Position numbers and translations under genes: made by a program
Shown: positions 1 to 8,593 of the stretch, piece by piece
Position numbering within the stretch: the stretch's first letter is position 1
Layout: every line of letters starts with the position of its first letter
Source of the DNA: Clostridiales bacterium
GTDB taxonomy: Bacteria > Bacillota > Clostridia > Christensenellales > Pumilibacteraceae
Direction: 5' to 3'
NCBI GenBank assembly: GCA_029070965.1
Contig: JAIEBI010000058.1
Location: 14,135-78,134 of the forward strand
Length of the DNA: 64,000 bases
Notes under the pieces: generated by a model
Databases searched by the model: none
Told to the model about the DNA's origin: nothing
Seen by the model: the letters and a program-made list of their open reading frames with translations, nothing else

Positions 1-1
1 A

Positions 2-1273
2 AAAGCGTTTGAATTGTATTCTATCGCCGCAAAGCTCGGTAATTTGGAAGCAATGTGCGATTTGGGATATATGTATCTTGTAGGACAGGGCGTTGCTACG
101 GATAAATATCTATCCTCGCATTGGTATAAAACGTCCGCGGATTTGGGCTATGTACATTCCATGAGAGATATCGGTCAAAATTATCTGAACGGCGACGGTG
201 TTGCCGCTGATGCTAAGGAAGCTGTCCGATATTTTCAAATGGCATCCGACAACAACTACTCTCACGGTACGGGCGATTTGGCGTATTGTTACATGAACGG
301 AATCGGCGTCGAAAAGAATTCGGATAAAGCAAAAGATTGTTTCCTTTTGGCTCTCCGTCAAGACGCCGAGCGCACGATGCGAGATTTGTTTGCTTACGGC
401 GTGGACGTCGTTGCTCTTAAACAAAATAATGAATTAAAGTTTTTGGATAATACGGAAATAACCGAAATAAGCGTGCAAAATACTTATGCGGAAACGCTAT
501 GCGTTTCAAGTCGTATTGCTTACGTAGACCCGTCATGCTTCTATTCAAGTAAAGTAAAAAAAATATTCGTTGAAAAGGATAATCAAGCCTATTGTTCGTC
601 TAACGGAGTGCTTTACAGTAAGGACAAAAAAACTCTCGTGCGGTTCCCGCTTGCTTCACCCGAAAAAACTTTTGCCGTGCCATACGGTGTCGAAACGATA
701 GGAGAATGCGCATTTCAAAACGCGCGTAATTTAGAGCATGTTACGCTGCCAGAAACGGTAAAAATTATAGAAAACAGTGCATTCGACGATTGCAAAAATT
801 TAATTGACGTGTTGTTGCCGACGTCTTTAAAATCGATTGGGGCTTGGGCTTTTCACGGCTGCGATAAGCTGCAACAAATAGTTTTACCTCGATATGTAAC
901 CAAAATAGATAAGTATGCTTTCGGTTCGTGCGAATCGCTTACGGAAATCTCGGTACCCATACAAAACGAATTTTATTGTTGCGTCGACGGCAATTTATAT
1001 ACCAAAGATAAGGACGTGCTGTTGCAATACGCTATAGGCAAAAGTGACACACAATTTAAACTGCCGAATGAAACGAAGGAGATTGCATTCCGCGCTCTTT
1101 CCGACGCTTTTAATTTGCAATATATCGACTTAAACAACATTCAAACCGTAGGAGATAAAGCATTCTATTATGCAACGGCGTTAAGAAAAATTTCTTATAA
1201 CGGTTCCGTGCAATTTGGGCAAGACGTTTTTGGGCACACGCCGCAAGATTTGCAAAAGGAGATACGTTCATGA
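2..1273 (+). CDS. SEL1-repeat + BspA-type leucine-rich repeat (LRR_5) protein, 5' end outside the window
   Basis: Frame is open from base 2 (KAFELYSIAAKLGNLEAMCDLGYMY..G.G = SEL1 repeats). C-terminal half has TIGECAFQNARNLEHVTLPETVKIIENSAFDDC-type LRR_5 repeats. Confidence 0.85.
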   Translation, partial: KAFELYSIAAKLGNLEAMCDLGYMYLVGQGVATDKYLSSHWYKTSADLGYVHSMRDIGQNYLNGDGVAADAKEAVRYFQMASDNNYSHGTGDLAYCYMNGIGVEKNSDKAKDCFLLALRQDAERTMRDLFAYGVDVVALKQNNELKFLDNTEITEISVQNTYAETLCVSSRIAYVDPSCFYSSKVKKIFVEKDNQAYCSSNGVLYSKDKKTLVRFPLASPEKTFAVPYGVETIGECAFQNARNLEHVTLPETVKIIENSAFDDCKNLIDVLLPTSLKSIGAWAFHGCDKLQQIVLPRYVTKIDKYAFGSCESLTEISVPIQNEFYCCVDGNLYTKDKDVLLQYAIGKSDTQFKLPNETKEIAFRALSDAFNLQYIDLNNIQTVGDKAFYYATALRKISYNGSVQFGQDVFGHTPQDLQKEIRS

Positions 1274-1947
1274 TATATTTGGCGGCGGATATACACGGGC
1301 ATATACGATTGGAAAGGCTGAAAGAATTGTTGCGGCCTTATACCCTTACAAATAGCGATTATCTGATTGTTTTAGGCGACGCAGGTATTGTATGGAGCGA
1401 AACGGAGCATAAAGAAGTGCGAGCTTATTATGAGAGTTTGCCGCTGACGACGTTATTTTTAGACGGAAATCACGAAAACTTTGATTTGCTGGAAGCTTAC
1501 CCTGCGGTTAGTTTTAAAGGCGGCAAAGCGCATAAGGTCGGCAAAAAAATATACCATCTTATGCGCGGGGAAATTTATACAATCGACAATAAAACTTTCT
1601 TTGTTTTCGGCGGCGGGTTTTCACTGAAAAAATTGACAAATTCGTCCCCGATAAGCGTTTGGGAGCGGGAGATGCCCAACGAAACCGAATATGAGAACGG
1701 GCTCAAAAATTTGGCGCAATACCGCTTTGCTGTCGACTATATGCTTTCTCATGTTGCACCTACAAAAATTGCGAACGAAATGCGGCTACCATTGATAGAT
1801 CAAGAAATTAAATTAAATAATTATTTGCAAGAAATCAGCGAAAAGACGGATTTCAAAAAATGGTTTTTCGGACACCACCACAAAGATAAAAACGGCGAAA
1901 ATTGGTCGGCAATATACGATAGAATTTTGGTATTGGGAGATAGATAA
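1270..1947 (+). CDS. Calcineurin-like metallophosphoesterase
   Basis: Motifs DIHG, GD, GNHENF, SH, GHHH in the canonical order. ATGA overlap with the upstream gene. Confidence 0.9.
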   Translation: MIYLAADIHGHIRLERLKELLRPYTLTNSDYLIVLGDAGIVWSETEHKEVRAYYESLPLTTLFLDGNHENFDLLEAYPAVSFKGGKAHKVGKKIYHLMRGEIYTIDNKTFFVFGGGFSLKKLTNSSPISVWEREMPNETEYENGLKNLAQYRFAVDYMLSHVAPTKIANEMRLPLIDQEIKLNNYLQEISEKTDFKKWFFGHHHKDKNGENWSAIYDRILVLGDR

Positions 1948-3977
1948 TGTTACAAAAATTTATCGATTACGTAAAAGAAATGAATATTCTAAACGAAGAT
2001 ATCGATATAGATTTCTCCGATTTGGCATTTGCTTACGATTACAACGAGGTTCAGGAACTGTTTTTTGATGAAGTAAACAATAATTTTGTTTTTATTGTAG
2101 GGGAAACGGGCTTGCGCAAAAAGGATATGCTTGCACGCATTTGCAAGGATTTATTTTTGCGCGGGGTCGAAAAACAAGATATGTTGTATCTCGATTATGA
2201 GCTTCCCATACTGCACGGCGAAGATATTTATCCTTTGATTCAAGAATTTTATTGCGCGCGAAAATCAAGCAAATTCGTTTATTTGATCGTCAACGAAATT
2301 CAAGAGCTCGGCGATTGGTTTTGTTTTACTCAAAAGTTAAAGACGGAATATCCCGGGCTTAAACTGCTGTGTTCGTCGTCGACGCCGCCGTATATCTTTG
2401 AAAAGGTTTACGACAAACAAGCCGAGTATTGCAAAATAATAGTGTTATCACAAAAAAATGCGTCCAACATAAAATATAAAACACAATCGTTCGGCGTATA
2501 TAAGGAGTTTAAATATAATCAAAAAGACGGGTTTATCGAGATTAAAGGGTTGACGAAGGAGGGCAAAAAAATGCCCTGCCATTCCGTTCCCAAAACGATA
2601 AACGGGCTGCCGGTAAAAATTATTGCAAGCGGAGCTTTTCACGATAGAAGTGAATTGTTGTCGATTACGTTGCCCGACGGTGTCGAAATGATAGGCGACT
2701 ATGCTTTTTCCAAATGTAATAATTTGAAAGAAATCCGATTACCTCAAAATCTTACATATATCGGCGAGCATGCATTTTTAGGCGCAAAATCTTTAAGCTC
2801 CGTTATTGGTGGGGATAAGGTTTGCCATATCGGAAACAGCGCTTTTTATGACACCGCATGGCTCAAAAGCCGATCGGAATTTGCAATTATCGGCTCGACG
2901 CTTTATAAATACAAGGGTAACGAGCTACATGTGGAAATTCCGCATTGCATACGTCATTTGTCAAGTTATGCTTTTGCCGATTGTTCTATTGAGAGCATCG
3001 CCGCAAATTCCGATTTACAAATGGGGGAAGGTGTGTTTTATAACTGCAAGCGGCTTAACCATATCGATATCGAATTATCCGTCATTCCGCCGTTTGCTTT
3101 TTACGGGTGTGAAAAGCTTATTGATGAGTTTTTCGTTGAGTCGGTAGGAAAATGGGGATTATACGGTTGTTTTTCTTTAACCGAAATTTCCGTAAAAAAC
3201 GTCGGAACATGTGCGATGGCAAACTGTCAATCCCTGAGGCGGCTGAACGGCATACGTAATATTTCAAAGGGCGGGCTGTGGAATTGTTTAAGTTTAAATT
3301 GTTTTGACACGACAAACCTCCAATTTATCGGTGCGTTCGGTGTGGGGATAAGTGCCGTGCGGCAGCTGACGTTCTGCGGACATGCTATCGGCGATTTTGC
3401 TTTGTTTTCCGCAAAGAATTTGCACAGCGTAAAGATTGCCACACAAATTTCGATTGGGAAAAGTATTTTTTATAAATGTGATTCAGTTAAAGAAATGGAG
3501 ATTTTCGGAAGCAAAAAACTGTCTTTCTATTTTGCCGGAGAAATACCGAATGTGGAAGCTTTGGTGTTGCACGGAGACGTATCCGATGACTTTTGCAGAA
3601 ATAATCTGCACCTGAAATCACTGGTATTGGAAGACGTGCAGCGATTCGGGCGGTGGAGCTTTTATAATAATTCGGCGCTCCAAACCGTTATTTTTAAAAA
3701 CGTCAAAAGCATCGGCGATTGGGCGTTTGCTTATTGTGACGGTATTACAAAAATCGAATTGCCCGAGGAAACGGAATATATAGGAATGAACGCCTTTCGA
3801 TATTGCCATAACTTGTCGTACATCAAAATGTTGGCGACGACGCCCGTTTCATTTGGTGCAAACGCGTTTTATTCCACCGCCGACAATAAAAGGTTTATAG
3901 TTCCGTTGAACCTGAAATGCGAATATAAAGCACAGCCTATTTGGAATGAATATTCGGCTCGGATGGCGGAGGAATAA
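1947..3977 (+). CDS. Degenerate AAA_14-like ATPase domain fused to LRR_5 repeats
   Basis: N-terminal FIVGETGLRKK / YLDYE / YLIVNEIQ / LLCSSS resembles AAA_14 with broken Walker motifs. Many IGDYAFSKCNNLKEIRLP-type repeats follow. Confidence 0.75.
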   Translation: MLQKFIDYVKEMNILNEDIDIDFSDLAFAYDYNEVQELFFDEVNNNFVFIVGETGLRKKDMLARICKDLFLRGVEKQDMLYLDYELPILHGEDIYPLIQEFYCARKSSKFVYLIVNEIQELGDWFCFTQKLKTEYPGLKLLCSSSTPPYIFEKVYDKQAEYCKIIVLSQKNASNIKYKTQSFGVYKEFKYNQKDGFIEIKGLTKEGKKMPCHSVPKTINGLPVKIIASGAFHDRSELLSITLPDGVEMIGDYAFSKCNNLKEIRLPQNLTYIGEHAFLGAKSLSSVIGGDKVCHIGNSAFYDTAWLKSRSEFAIIGSTLYKYKGNELHVEIPHCIRHLSSYAFADCSIESIAANSDLQMGEGVFYNCKRLNHIDIELSVIPPFAFYGCEKLIDEFFVESVGKWGLYGCFSLTEISVKNVGTCAMANCQSLRRLNGIRNISKGGLWNCLSLNCFDTTNLQFIGAFGVGISAVRQLTFCGHAIGDFALFSAKNLHSVKIATQISIGKSIFYKCDSVKEMEIFGSKKLSFYFAGEIPNVEALVLHGDVSDDFCRNNLHLKSLVLEDVQRFGRWSFYNNSALQTVIFKNVKSIGDWAFAYCDGITKIELPEETEYIGMNAFRYCHNLSYIKMLATTPVSFGANAFYSTADNKRFIVPLNLKCEYKAQPIWNEYSARMAEE

Positions 3978-4033
3978 AATCGAAAATCGGCTTTTGCTCC
4001 AAATAAGCGCGTATAAAAATTTTTAAGTTTATA

Positions 4034-4062
4034 TTGACTTATATTCTATAATGGTGTATAAT
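4034..4062 (+). promoter_or_regulatory. sigmaA promoter of the rSAM-TIR operon
   Basis: TTGACT (4034-4039), 17 bp, TATAAT (4057-4062). Confidence 0.75.
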
Positions 4063-4100
4063 TATCATGAATATTAGCGTTTATTGTCGAGGAGAATGTT

Positions 4101-5201
4101 TTGCCATATTGCAATAAAAAAATAATATCGTTTTTGCTTACTTCGCGCTGCAATATGGCGTGTAAGTACTGTTACGGTGCCCGAAAAGCGGACTACAACA
4201 AGTTAGACCTTGATTTTGCCAAGTGCGGCGTGGACGAATACGTCGCCACGGGCGCGGTCAACGGTATAAGATTTTTCGGAAACGGCGAGCCTACGACCGA
4301 ACCGCAGCTCATAAAAGATATTTGCGAGTATGCGCGCAAGTTCCGCAAGAACATTAATTGTGAAATTCAAACCAACGGTTATTTCGGCGAGGAGCTTGCT
4401 GAATGGCTCGCGTACAATATGGATGAGATTTGGGTGTCGATGGACCTTTTGCCCGACACGCATGACATGTTTCGCGTGACGCGCGGCGGCAAACCGACAT
4501 CGGGCGTTATCGAACGCAACCTCAAGTATTTTAAATCGCTCGCGGACAAGCGTGCGATGGTCGGCGTGCGCAGTACGATAACGCAGTACAACATTGACCG
4601 CCAAAAAGAGGGCATAGACTATCTTGCCAATCTCGGTATAAAGTATATTTGGGTCGACCCGATTTTTCCGCCGGTCAGCGAGGCGGAGGATAAGACGTTC
4701 GAGCCCATTGACATGATGCACTTTGCGCGTACGTTTATCGACGCGCGCGAGCACGGCAAAGAGCTCGGCGTTTTTTACGAAACCAATCTTACGACCAACT
4801 TTGACGGCCCGACATGCTACAACTGCCGTTCGTGCCTGCCTATGCCGCACCTCACTATGGACGGGTACGTTTCCGCATGCGAAATGTGTATGAGCGGGGC
4901 AAACCCCGAGGGGCTTGACGCGTTTGTTTACGGCAAGTACGACAAAGAGCATAACAAGATAATATACGACGAAAAAAAGATAGCGGTTTTGCAAAGCCGC
5001 ACGCTCGACAACCTTAAGGACTGTCGCGACTGCATTGCGCGCGAGCACTGCGCGGGCTTTTGCCTTGGCGAAACGCTCAACGAGAACGGCGATCTTTTCA
5101 AGATAAAACGCGTAATTTGCGAGCCGCTTAGGTATCTGTACGCAAAAATCGGCAACGACTATGCGCGCTTCGGCGGTGAGTTTAAATATAAGCACCCTTG
5201 A
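4101..5201 (+). CDS. Radical SAM / SPASM-domain protein
   Basis: C17xxxC21xxC24 (CNMACKYC), FFGNGEPT, QTNG, then SPASM-type CYNCRSC...CEMC and CRDCIAREHCAGFC...C. TTG start behind GAGGAG. Confidence 0.92.
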   Translation: MPYCNKKIISFLLTSRCNMACKYCYGARKADYNKLDLDFAKCGVDEYVATGAVNGIRFFGNGEPTTEPQLIKDICEYARKFRKNINCEIQTNGYFGEELAEWLAYNMDEIWVSMDLLPDTHDMFRVTRGGKPTSGVIERNLKYFKSLADKRAMVGVRSTITQYNIDRQKEGIDYLANLGIKYIWVDPIFPPVSEAEDKTFEPIDMMHFARTFIDAREHGKELGVFYETNLTTNFDGPTCYNCRSCLPMPHLTMDGYVSACEMCMSGANPEGLDAFVYGKYDKEHNKIIYDEKKIAVLQSRTLDNLKDCRDCIAREHCAGFCLGETLNENGDLFKIKRVICEPLRYLYAKIGNDYARFGGEFKYKHP

Positions 5202-5214
5202 TGAAGGAGGAAAA

Positions 5215-7584
5215 ATGGAAGAACGGAACAACACGATTGACGAATACGGCGGACTTGCCGAACCAAAGACGAGCGCCGAGCAAATTTTGCGTCAATTCAA
5301 GCGCAAGAGCGTAGTCGCAAGAGATTGGATAAAAGATTTGGTCGATAACGGTTACCGCAAGGCGGTAAAAACGGGGCGGCGTCGTTCTGTCGCGGCTTTG
5401 GAGGAAGGATTTTTCATGTCCGACGAAATGCCGGACGTGGGTGTGCTATCCATTGCTCCGTCGCTTTCCGCCCTTCTTTCCGAGCTGAAAGAGCTTAGGG
5501 AAGGCAAGGACGATGACGTTGCGGCGGGCGCAATGTCGTTTACCGATGTACTTACCGCCAATCGAAACGAAGTTTTGGACGTGGTCGTCAAGTCGGTATG
5601 CAGGCTGCTTGCCGAGTGCTATCCCGACGGACTGCACACCAATATAGAGGACGTGCTTTTTTCGAGCGCGCCGTTCTATGACGGTATTATGGCGGGCGGG
5701 CGTTCGGTGTGGGAGCGCGACGGATATCTTGACACCGCTAGCTGGGCTTTTCTTGTTGCCGACCTAATAGAGCTATTCCTCAACCGTTTTGAAGAATGTG
5801 CGCCCGAGCTCTACAAAAAAACCAAGTGGACGGTGTACGATGGCGATGAGGCGGAAAGCCTGTCGGTAGAAAGGGTGCGCGATTACGTACGCAATATTTA
5901 CTACGCGAGCATTCGCACGACTTGCGATTGCATAGTCAAGCGCGACGGCAAATATTTGGGCTGGACGTTCCGCAAGATGAGAGGCAGTGAGACGCAGCCG
6001 TCGCTGTACTTTTCGTACGTTGCGTCCACCGTTTACCTTGGACTTTATAATCGTTTTAACGGCACGAAAGATGTCATCGTAAACATGCGTAATTTCGAAG
6101 AGGCGCTTCAAAAAAAGAGCAGGGACGAAAATAACGACGACATAAAAAGATATAGATTCTACGACGGGTTCAAGAGCGCGGAAAAGTTTAATAAAATGCT
6201 CGAATGGCTGACGCGTAATGAATTCTATGAAGCAGTAAAGTTTTTGCGCCGTTTGTCTCCGAATGAGATTGCCGAGCTGAACCTTTTGTACAACATTATT
6301 AACGACGGAAAGCCTTTGTCGTTCAAGCTTGACGGCGATGACGGCGGTTCGTTTACCGTGCTTAAAGAGGCGTCGACCGGACTTGCCGAGATGCTGTGGA
6401 ATGAGGGGTATGGAACGTATAAGAATAAAGTGCCGTTTAGCGAAAACATGGCTAAGGGGCCGTGCTTCGAGGACGGTTCGCTTATCGAAATGGAGGTCAT
6501 AAAGCGCAGTAGCCACAACAATGCGTTCTTCAACAACTTGTTTGTTATAGGTATAATACTTAACTCGGCGTACGACATGGAGGTTATGAAAAAAGACCCC
6601 AAAGAGTACGAGCGCATGCTAAACATATTCCAGCTTTCCATTCAAAATACTCAGCGTTGCTACGACGAAATAGAGGAAAGAGGGCTGCTGTACAAGATTG
6701 ACAGCTACATACTCGATTTTTCCGACAAGGTGGACAGCGCCAATACCGAGCTTGCCAAACAGTTGCGCAGGGTGAACATGTCGGTTGTCCCGCTTATGCC
6801 GCTAATGCTTAAAAACAACAACTTGATGAGCCAGTACGTTGTTCAGTATCCGCAAAAGCAAATGACGGAATCCTTAAAGGATATTATTAAAAACCGCAAG
6901 TATGTGGGTGATGAAGAAAAGAAACAAAGTTGGGTTTGGGATAAAGACGGCTACAACTCCATAACCAACTATTACTACGTTGACGCGCTCATATCGTTTT
7001 ATCGTTACTACAAGCAATACGAAGAACCGTTGATTGAGAACGAAGAGCTGCTTCGTAGGCGCGAAGCGCAAGCGGCGAAAAATGCGCAAGATCAGGTTCA
7101 GGCAAAGCTGGACGATATGAAAACGGAGCTCAACGCCGAAATCTCCAAGCGTGACGAGAGAATTGCCGAGTACAGAAGGGTATTTAAGGACTTTGCGCGG
7201 CTTATGGTCAACGGACTTATCGACGTTGTGGACGAGCAAATTACGGCGGACAAACTCATCGGCACGCTCAGTAACGAAGAAAAAACCAATCGTGACACAG
7301 TTATCGGCGAGCTTAACTCGTTTAACAGGGATTCGGACACTGTCAAGCTCAGTTCGCTTGTGCATTTGACTGAAAAGCTGCAAATTCTGTCCCTTCTTTC
7401 CATGGACAGCAACGAGCAGCTTAGGGCGTTCCTCAAAAACAGCGGGGCGAATAAATATGACGGGCACGTCAACCTTATCGCCGACGCATTCGGTACAAAC
7501 GGCAACAGCACTAAGTTTATGCGCAACCTGTTGATATTTATAATAGACAGCTTGGCTGCTAAAAAGCCTGATTCGGATAATTAG
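5215..7584 (+). CDS. Large hypothetical protein (789 aa), helical repeats plus C-terminal coiled coil
   Basis: Long ORF; ATG 5215 follows GAAGGAGG (the track start at 5161 lies inside the upstream gene). Coiled coil EAQAAKNAQDQVQAKLDDMKTELNAEISKRDERIAEY. Confidence 0.85.
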   Translation: MEERNNTIDEYGGLAEPKTSAEQILRQFKRKSVVARDWIKDLVDNGYRKAVKTGRRRSVAALEEGFFMSDEMPDVGVLSIAPSLSALLSELKELREGKDDDVAAGAMSFTDVLTANRNEVLDVVVKSVCRLLAECYPDGLHTNIEDVLFSSAPFYDGIMAGGRSVWERDGYLDTASWAFLVADLIELFLNRFEECAPELYKKTKWTVYDGDEAESLSVERVRDYVRNIYYASIRTTCDCIVKRDGKYLGWTFRKMRGSETQPSLYFSYVASTVYLGLYNRFNGTKDVIVNMRNFEEALQKKSRDENNDDIKRYRFYDGFKSAEKFNKMLEWLTRNEFYEAVKFLRRLSPNEIAELNLLYNIINDGKPLSFKLDGDDGGSFTVLKEASTGLAEMLWNEGYGTYKNKVPFSENMAKGPCFEDGSLIEMEVIKRSSHNNAFFNNLFVIGIILNSAYDMEVMKKDPKEYERMLNIFQLSIQNTQRCYDEIEERGLLYKIDSYILDFSDKVDSANTELAKQLRRVNMSVVPLMPLMLKNNNLMSQYVVQYPQKQMTESLKDIIKNRKYVGDEEKKQSWVWDKDGYNSITNYYYVDALISFYRYYKQYEEPLIENEELLRRREAQAAKNAQDQVQAKLDDMKTELNAEISKRDERIAEYRRVFKDFARLMVNGLIDVVDEQITADKLIGTLSNEEKTNRDTVIGELNSFNRDSDTVKLSSLVHLTEKLQILSLLSMDSNEQLRAFLKNSGANKYDGHVNLIADAFGTNGNSTKFMRNLLIFIIDSLAAKKPDSDN

Positions 7585-7612
7585 TCTACACAACAAAGGA
7601 GAATAACACATA

Positions 7613-8569
7613 ATGGCTATAAATTCGTTTTTTTCGTATAAGGGTGGTTCGGGTAGAACAACAACGACGCTAAACACGTTGTACTATCTGATTCAGGAAA
7701 CGCAACCGGACCCGTCGCATCCGCTCGTTATAATCGACGCGGACAACGAGAGCTATGGCATGTCCATGCTGCTCAAAGATCCCGAAGAGTCGTATCCCAC
7801 CGAGGTATCGCTTCAAGGATTGGGGCTCACTGCACGGCAGGACACATTCGTCCCGAGCGGCAGGCCGGACGATTGGCGGTCGTACCGCAATTTGGCTAAG
7901 TTCTTTATTCCGGTCGGGCATTATTTCACCAAAGACATAGACAAGGAAGCGGTGCTTCTTTTGCGTTCGGACGTTACGCCGGCGGAGCAACAAGCTGCAT
8001 TCGAAGCGGTGTTTTCGGTCGACAAAAACGGTAGAGTGCATGATAATTTGAAGGCTCTTGTAGAAAAAATGGAGATATGCGATTGCACCGTTGTGTTTGA
8101 CACTCCGTCAGGCACGCAGGATATGGCGACATTCGCGCTCAACTATTCGGACACTATCGTGTGCTGCATGCGCCCGTCCGTTCAGTTCGAAATGGGCACA
8201 CGGCTTTGCTTTGAAAAGCTCATTGCCAAGTGGGGTAAATACGGCAACAGAAAGAAGATAATATTCTGCCCGTCGGCAGTGCCGTTCCGCAAGACGGACG
8301 TAGACGGCAACGTCTATCCCGAGCACTATATCAACACCGTGTTTTCGCGGTTCAAGTCGGAAATGGATACCAAGGCGCACGACACGGGTGGCACGGTCAA
8401 GATTGTTTGGGGTATGCAGGACGGTGAAGTTCCGGGAATTCCCGAGGTCGACCGCTTCAAGTGGCAGGAATGTTGTTTGGCTAAAATGGGCGGCAACAAG
8501 GAAGACGAGCGCATGGCTAAGGAAAAGTACCGCAAGCTCGCCCAGCTTATCGACCGTTGCAACGGTTAG
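7613..8569 (+). CDS. MinD/ParA (SIMIBI) family ATPase, KGGxGRT variant
   Basis: SFFSYKGGSGRTTT deviant Walker A, IIDAD switch, VVFDTPSG Walker B. RBS AAAGGAG. Confidence 0.88.
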   Translation: MAINSFFSYKGGSGRTTTTLNTLYYLIQETQPDPSHPLVIIDADNESYGMSMLLKDPEESYPTEVSLQGLGLTARQDTFVPSGRPDDWRSYRNLAKFFIPVGHYFTKDIDKEAVLLLRSDVTPAEQQAAFEAVFSVDKNGRVHDNLKALVEKMEICDCTVVFDTPSGTQDMATFALNYSDTIVCCMRPSVQFEMGTRLCFEKLIAKWGKYGNRKKIIFCPSAVPFRKTDVDGNVYPEHYINTVFSRFKSEMDTKAHDTGGTVKIVWGMQDGEVPGIPEVDRFKWQECCLAKMGGNKEDERMAKEKYRKLAQLIDRCNG

Positions 8570-8593
8570 TCTAAGGAGATTGTATTACCGAAA

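Noticed and set aside
4203-5234. 343-aa minus-strand ORF
   Set aside because: Antisense shadow of the radical SAM gene; no motifs or RBS.
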